This document shows positions 61,147 to 64,000 of a stretch of DNA of 64,000 nucleotides, piece after piece. The translations under genes were made by a program, and so were the position numbers. Location of the stretch: contig FR890371.1 in NCBI GenBank assembly GCA_000432835.1, positions 62,915 to 126,914 on the forward strand, given 5' to 3'. The first letter of the stretch is position 1, and each line of letters starts with the position of its first letter. The notes below the pieces were generated by a model. That model was given only the letters and a program-made list of their open reading frames with translations. It was not told the origin of the DNA and made no database searches. Origin of the DNA: Clostridium sp. CAG:417 (lineage in GTDB: Bacteria > Bacillota_I > Bacilli_A > RF39 > UBA660).

Positions 61147-62085
61147 ATGAATGATGTAAGAGAGCAATTGAAATATGTAGTGGAAAATAGTGTTTATGTA
61201 AAAATTAATTATACTCAATTAGATAATTTTATAAATAGTTTAGGAAAGCCAAATTATCGACATTGGTATAATTTTACTTCTTTAAATTTAAACGAAAAGG
61301 AAAAAATTATTTTAGCCTTTATAATAGAAAGTTTAAATTTTTGTTTTTGGCAAAAGCCAAAATTTAAAATTGAATATAAAGGTAATATTATAAAAGGGTC
61401 TGAGGCTTTATTTTATTCAATTATAAGAGAAGTAGAATCTAATAAAGATTTTTTAGATATAGAATTTTTAAATAAATTAACAAAAGATGATTTTGAAAAA
61501 ATATTTTATTCGCCTGATAGTATAATACCTTTATTCGATTTGAGATATGATCTTTTTAAAGATACTGTTAAAACAATGTATAATAAAGGACAGAGTTTTT
61601 TTGATGAATTGTTTAATAAGAAATCAGATGTTGATTTATTAAAGTATATTGTGTCAGAATTTAAGTATTTTGATGATAGTAGTATATATAAAGGTAAAAG
61701 AATAAAGTTTAACAAACGTGCTACTTTACTTGTTAATGACTTATATTATATGTCATCTACAATACATAATAATTTAAAAAATGTTGATAATTTAACAGGT
61801 TGTGCTGATTATGGTATACCAAGGACTTTAAGAACGTATGGGATTTTAGAATATAATGAGGAATTATCTAACATAATTGATAGTGAGATAGAGTTAAAGC
61901 ATGATAGTAATATGGAAATTGAAATTAGAGCTAATATGCTTTATGTATTAGAATTAATTAGAGAAAAATTAGAAAGTAAAGGTATTAAAATTAATTCTGT
62001 AGAATTAGATAATATTATTTGGCAGATGGGAACGAAGAAGAAAAATGTAAATCCATATCATCATACAATTACAATATTTTATTAG
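61147..62085 (+). CDS. qng1: Qng1/DUF2419-family protein (queuosine 5'-phosphate N-glycosylase/hydrolase homologue)
   Basis: Block-by-block similarity to human QNG1 (C9orf64): SLNFCFW vs TLNFSFW, KGKRIKFNKRATLLVNDL vs EGKRVSFYKRAQILVADT, GCADYGIPRTL vs FADYRLPQVL, EIEIRANMLYVLELIRE vs EVEIRGCSLWCVELIRD, C-terminal HHTITIFY vs HRIRCIYY. Confidence 0.65.
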   Translation: MNDVREQLKYVVENSVYVKINYTQLDNFINSLGKPNYRHWYNFTSLNLNEKEKIILAFIIESLNFCFWQKPKFKIEYKGNIIKGSEALFYSIIREVESNKDFLDIEFLNKLTKDDFEKIFYSPDSIIPLFDLRYDLFKDTVKTMYNKGQSFFDELFNKKSDVDLLKYIVSEFKYFDDSSIYKGKRIKFNKRATLLVNDLYYMSSTIHNNLKNVDNLTGCADYGIPRTLRTYGILEYNEELSNIIDSEIELKHDSNMEIEIRANMLYVLELIREKLESKGIKINSVELDNIIWQMGTKKKNVNPYHHTITIFY

Positions 62086-62423
62086 ATTCTATTATAAACT
62101 AAATTTTAGACAAGTTAGTAACCCACTATGATATTGACGGAGCCAATAATGAATTTGGGTAAAGGGAGTTTCCCTTTGAGGACCCACTTAGAGTAACAAA
62201 TTACAAAGTGTTATAACACAATAATGTTGTATAAAAATAACCATGTTGCTAAAAAGTGAAATGTGCCTCATACAGTAGACATCAATAAAAACCTATTTAA
62301 TAAAAATGTGGTAGAATACACTTCTGAAGGTGGTGTATTCTTATGATTTAAAAAGGAAAAAAGCATATTAAACATATTGATGAATTTAAAAAAATTAGAA
62401 ATGAACTTAAATATATTAACAAA

Positions 62424-62987
62424 ATGTGTGAAAAGTATAATGATAATATAAATTCAATAAATCACTATACTAAACCTGCAAATCTAGGAGATGGGTATGA
62501 TATTATAAGACCTATTCTATGGGATTATATAATTCAAATGGCGGTTGCAAATTCAGAAACACACAATATAATCCAGTTCTTAAGAGGTAAGGCTGAACTA
62601 TATGAGTCACAATTTTCTCAAAATGCATATTTTCACAGTATAGAAAGTTTTATTAACACTTTAAAAAATAGTAATAATTGTATTGTCGTTAATTTAGTTT
62701 CTAATTTAGAAACAAGAAAAAATAGAAATAGAATAAGATTTGAAAATGGTGGACATTATGTTTCTGATGATACTATGGACAAAATATATTCAAAAGACAT
62801 ATTTGAATATACAAAAACTGGCGAAAATTTTGGATATTTATTAGTTGCTGGTCAAACTATTCCAGTATATACTATTGTTAATGATAAAACACTTAACGAG
62901 ATTGCATTAAATAATTTTTTAGAATATAATGTCAATAGGGTAATAAAATATTACAATGATTTTAAGGAAGGAAAAACATGGAATTAA
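62424..62987 (+). CDS. Hypothetical protein, possibly the C-terminal part of a P-loop kinase-like fold. No ATG-initiated upstream extension.
   Basis: KNRNRIRF..GGHYVSDD is reminiscent of the lid region of adenylate/zeta-type kinases. Preceded by a TGgTAGAAT extended -10 and an AGAATACAC...GTGTATTCT hairpin in the 5' leader. Confidence 0.3.
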   Translation: MCEKYNDNINSINHYTKPANLGDGYDIIRPILWDYIIQMAVANSETHNIIQFLRGKAELYESQFSQNAYFHSIESFINTLKNSNNCIVVNLVSNLETRKNRNRIRFENGGHYVSDDTMDKIYSKDIFEYTKTGENFGYLLVAGQTIPVYTIVNDKTLNEIALNNFLEYNVNRVIKYYNDFKEGKTWN

Positions 62988-63277
62988 AAAAGATTCAAAA
63001 AGATGTTTGGCAGAATAAGTTAAACAAAGGATTTAATACAACAGATGTAAATAAAGAGTTTTGTTTATTATATGGAGAAGTTTCTGAAGCGTATGATGCT
63101 TGGAAAAAGAAAAAAGATGATTTGAATGAAGAATTAGCAGACATTGCTATTTACTTAATGGGTCTATCTGAAATGTTGGGTTTTGATTTAGCAGATGAAA
63201 TAGAGAAGAAAGTTTCTAAAAATGAAAAACGAGTATATAAAAATATAGATGGGGTTAATGTAAGAATAAGTGATTAA
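62978..63277 (+). CDS. MazG-like nucleoside triphosphate pyrophosphohydrolase (small all-alpha NTP-PPase)
   Basis: LYGEVSEAYDAWKK....EELADIAIYLMGLSEMLGFDLADEIEKK..KNEKRVY is the EExxE...ELADxxxY MazG/HisE-type signature. Confidence 0.6.
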   Translation: MELKKIQKDVWQNKLNKGFNTTDVNKEFCLLYGEVSEAYDAWKKKKDDLNEELADIAIYLMGLSEMLGFDLADEIEKKVSKNEKRVYKNIDGVNVRISD

Positions 63278-63325
63278 TATTTAGATTTAAATTTGTATTA
63301 AGATATTCCGAACTAAATCTTGGTA

Positions 63326-63373
63326 CAAACTGCGATTAGAAATAGTATTGATGTAATATAGAGTAAAAGTAGA
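63326..63373 (+). repeat. Direct repeat copy 2 (displaced native ppdK 3' end), followed by a terminator-like hairpin TTGTTTCTT-gaaaaa-AAGAAACAA
   Basis: 47/48 identity with 53999..54046. Still encodes ...TAIRNSIDVI* in frame. Candidate attR-like junction. Confidence 0.85.
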
Positions 63374-63455
63374 TAGCAAAAATATGCAAATTTGTTTCTT
63401 GAAAAAAGAAACAAAAAATAGTATAATTTTATGTGTTAAACGAGTAGCTTTTAAG

Positions 63456-63498
63456 AAAGAGGCGTAAATCCAGTTTATGGATTTTGCCTCTTTTTTCT
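63456..63498 (+). terminator. Rho-independent terminator (or attenuator) upstream of the MATE gene
   Basis: AAAGAGGC...GCCTCTTT stem, with an internal sub-hairpin, followed by a T-run. Confidence 0.5.
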
Positions 63499-63519
63499 CG
63501 TTAAATAAGGAGGAAAATT

Positions 63520-64000
63520 ATGAAGGATGAAAGTCAAAATAAAATGGCAATAGAGCCAATTAATAAACTTATTTTAAAAATGGGTTTACCTATGATTGTA
63601 TCTATGGTTTTACAAGCATTATATAATGTAATCGATAGCATCTTTGTTGCTAATATGGGTTCTACTGGTGCTATTGCAAATCAAGCATTAACTTATGCTT
63701 TTCCAATTCAGATAATGATTATTGCGATTGGAGTTGGAACAGGTGTTGGTTTAAATGCTTTACTATCTAAGAGTTTAGGAGAAAATGATAAAAATAAAGT
63801 AAATAAGATAGCGGGGAATGGAATATTTTTAAGTATATGTATTTATATTTTCTTTTTGATATTTGGATTATTCTTCTCTAAGTGGTTTATTTCTTTATTT
63901 ACTAATGATAAAGAAATTATCAAGATGGGAACTACTTACTTAAAGATTTGTACTTGTTTGTCATTAGGTTCTATTGGATATACTGTTTATGAGAGATTTT
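63520..64000 (+). CDS. MATE-family efflux transporter, 3'-truncated at window end
   Basis: AAGGAGG RBS. MATE N-terminal helix pattern (MAIEPINKLILKMGLPMIVSMVLQALYNVIDSIFVAN.G). Confidence 0.7.
   Translation, partial: MKDESQNKMAIEPINKLILKMGLPMIVSMVLQALYNVIDSIFVANMGSTGAIANQALTYAFPIQIMIIAIGVGTGVGLNALLSKSLGENDKNKVNKIAGNGIFLSICIYIFFLIFGLFFSKWFISLFTNDKEIIKMGTTYLKICTCLSLGSIGYTVYERF

Larger units (their letters stand above)
54047..63325 (+). mobile_element. Approximately 9.3-kb insertion (degenerate integrated element or island) within the 3' end of ppdK, bracketed by 48-bp direct repeats. No integrase detected.
   Basis: The duplicated ppdK 3' end plus the native-looking terminator at the distal repeat. 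The interior holds an XRE pseudogene, an rpoD fragment copy and an accessory nucleotide-enzyme operon. Confidence 0.6.

Noticed and set aside
1-64000. CRISPR arrays / cas genes
   Set aside because: No regularly spaced short direct repeats were seen anywhere in the window. The only tandem repeat is the coding GPGFGPA repeat at 27803-27895.

Overview
This 64-kb window is AT-rich chromosomal DNA from a low-GC Firmicutes organism, apparently a spore-former of the Clostridia/Erysipelotrichia type, with nearly all genes on the + strand. It is mostly a housekeeping backbone.

- **Backbone genes:** rplU-prp-rpmA-obg, a class B sortase, yebC, ruvA-ruvB-queA, murI, glyQS behind a T-box leader, infC-rpmI-rplT with an L20-type leader attenuator, rpsB-tsf, frr, sigK, a multi-Ig polysaccharide deacetylase, yqeG-yqeH, the dnaG-rpoD-trmK operon, and ppdK.
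- **Other elements:** a roughly 11-kb Wzx/Wzy-type capsule/EPS locus (12.5-23.4 kb), a PerR-like Fur regulator with rubrerythrin, and one tRNA with anticodon CUC.
- **Most interesting region:** 54.0-63.4 kb. The last 48 bp of ppdK (53999-54046) recur as a direct repeat at 63326-63373, and the native-looking ppdK terminator follows the second copy. This brackets a roughly 9.3-kb insertion with no integrase.
- **Content of the insertion:** a decayed region with an XRE-regulator pseudogene and a 129-bp, roughly 92%-identical copy of part of rpoD, followed by a tightly packed operon of nucleotide/pterin enzymes with no recognisable pathway:
  - CYTH-like triphosphate-tunnel enzyme
  - APH-like kinase
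  - GTP cyclohydrolase FolE2/MptA
  - an unknown protein
  - a nucleotidyltransferase-SAM-methyltransferase fusion
  - a dNK/TMK-like nucleoside kinase
  - a Qng1/DUF2419 queuosine-5'-phosphate N-glycosylase homologue
  - a MazG-like NTP pyrophosphohydrolase

This insertion is the best candidate for an undescribed system, possibly 7-deazaguanine/queuosine or pterin nucleotide salvage or modification.

Other points of interest:
- L20 and S2 carry similar Rho-N/SAP-like C-terminal extensions.
- pyrH is missing between tsf and frr.
- A RelE/ParE-like toxin fold is fused into a large protein in a three-gene unknown operon.
- Two ORFs are separated by a single in-frame stop codon.

All calls rest on reading the translations and sequence by eye; no database searches were run.
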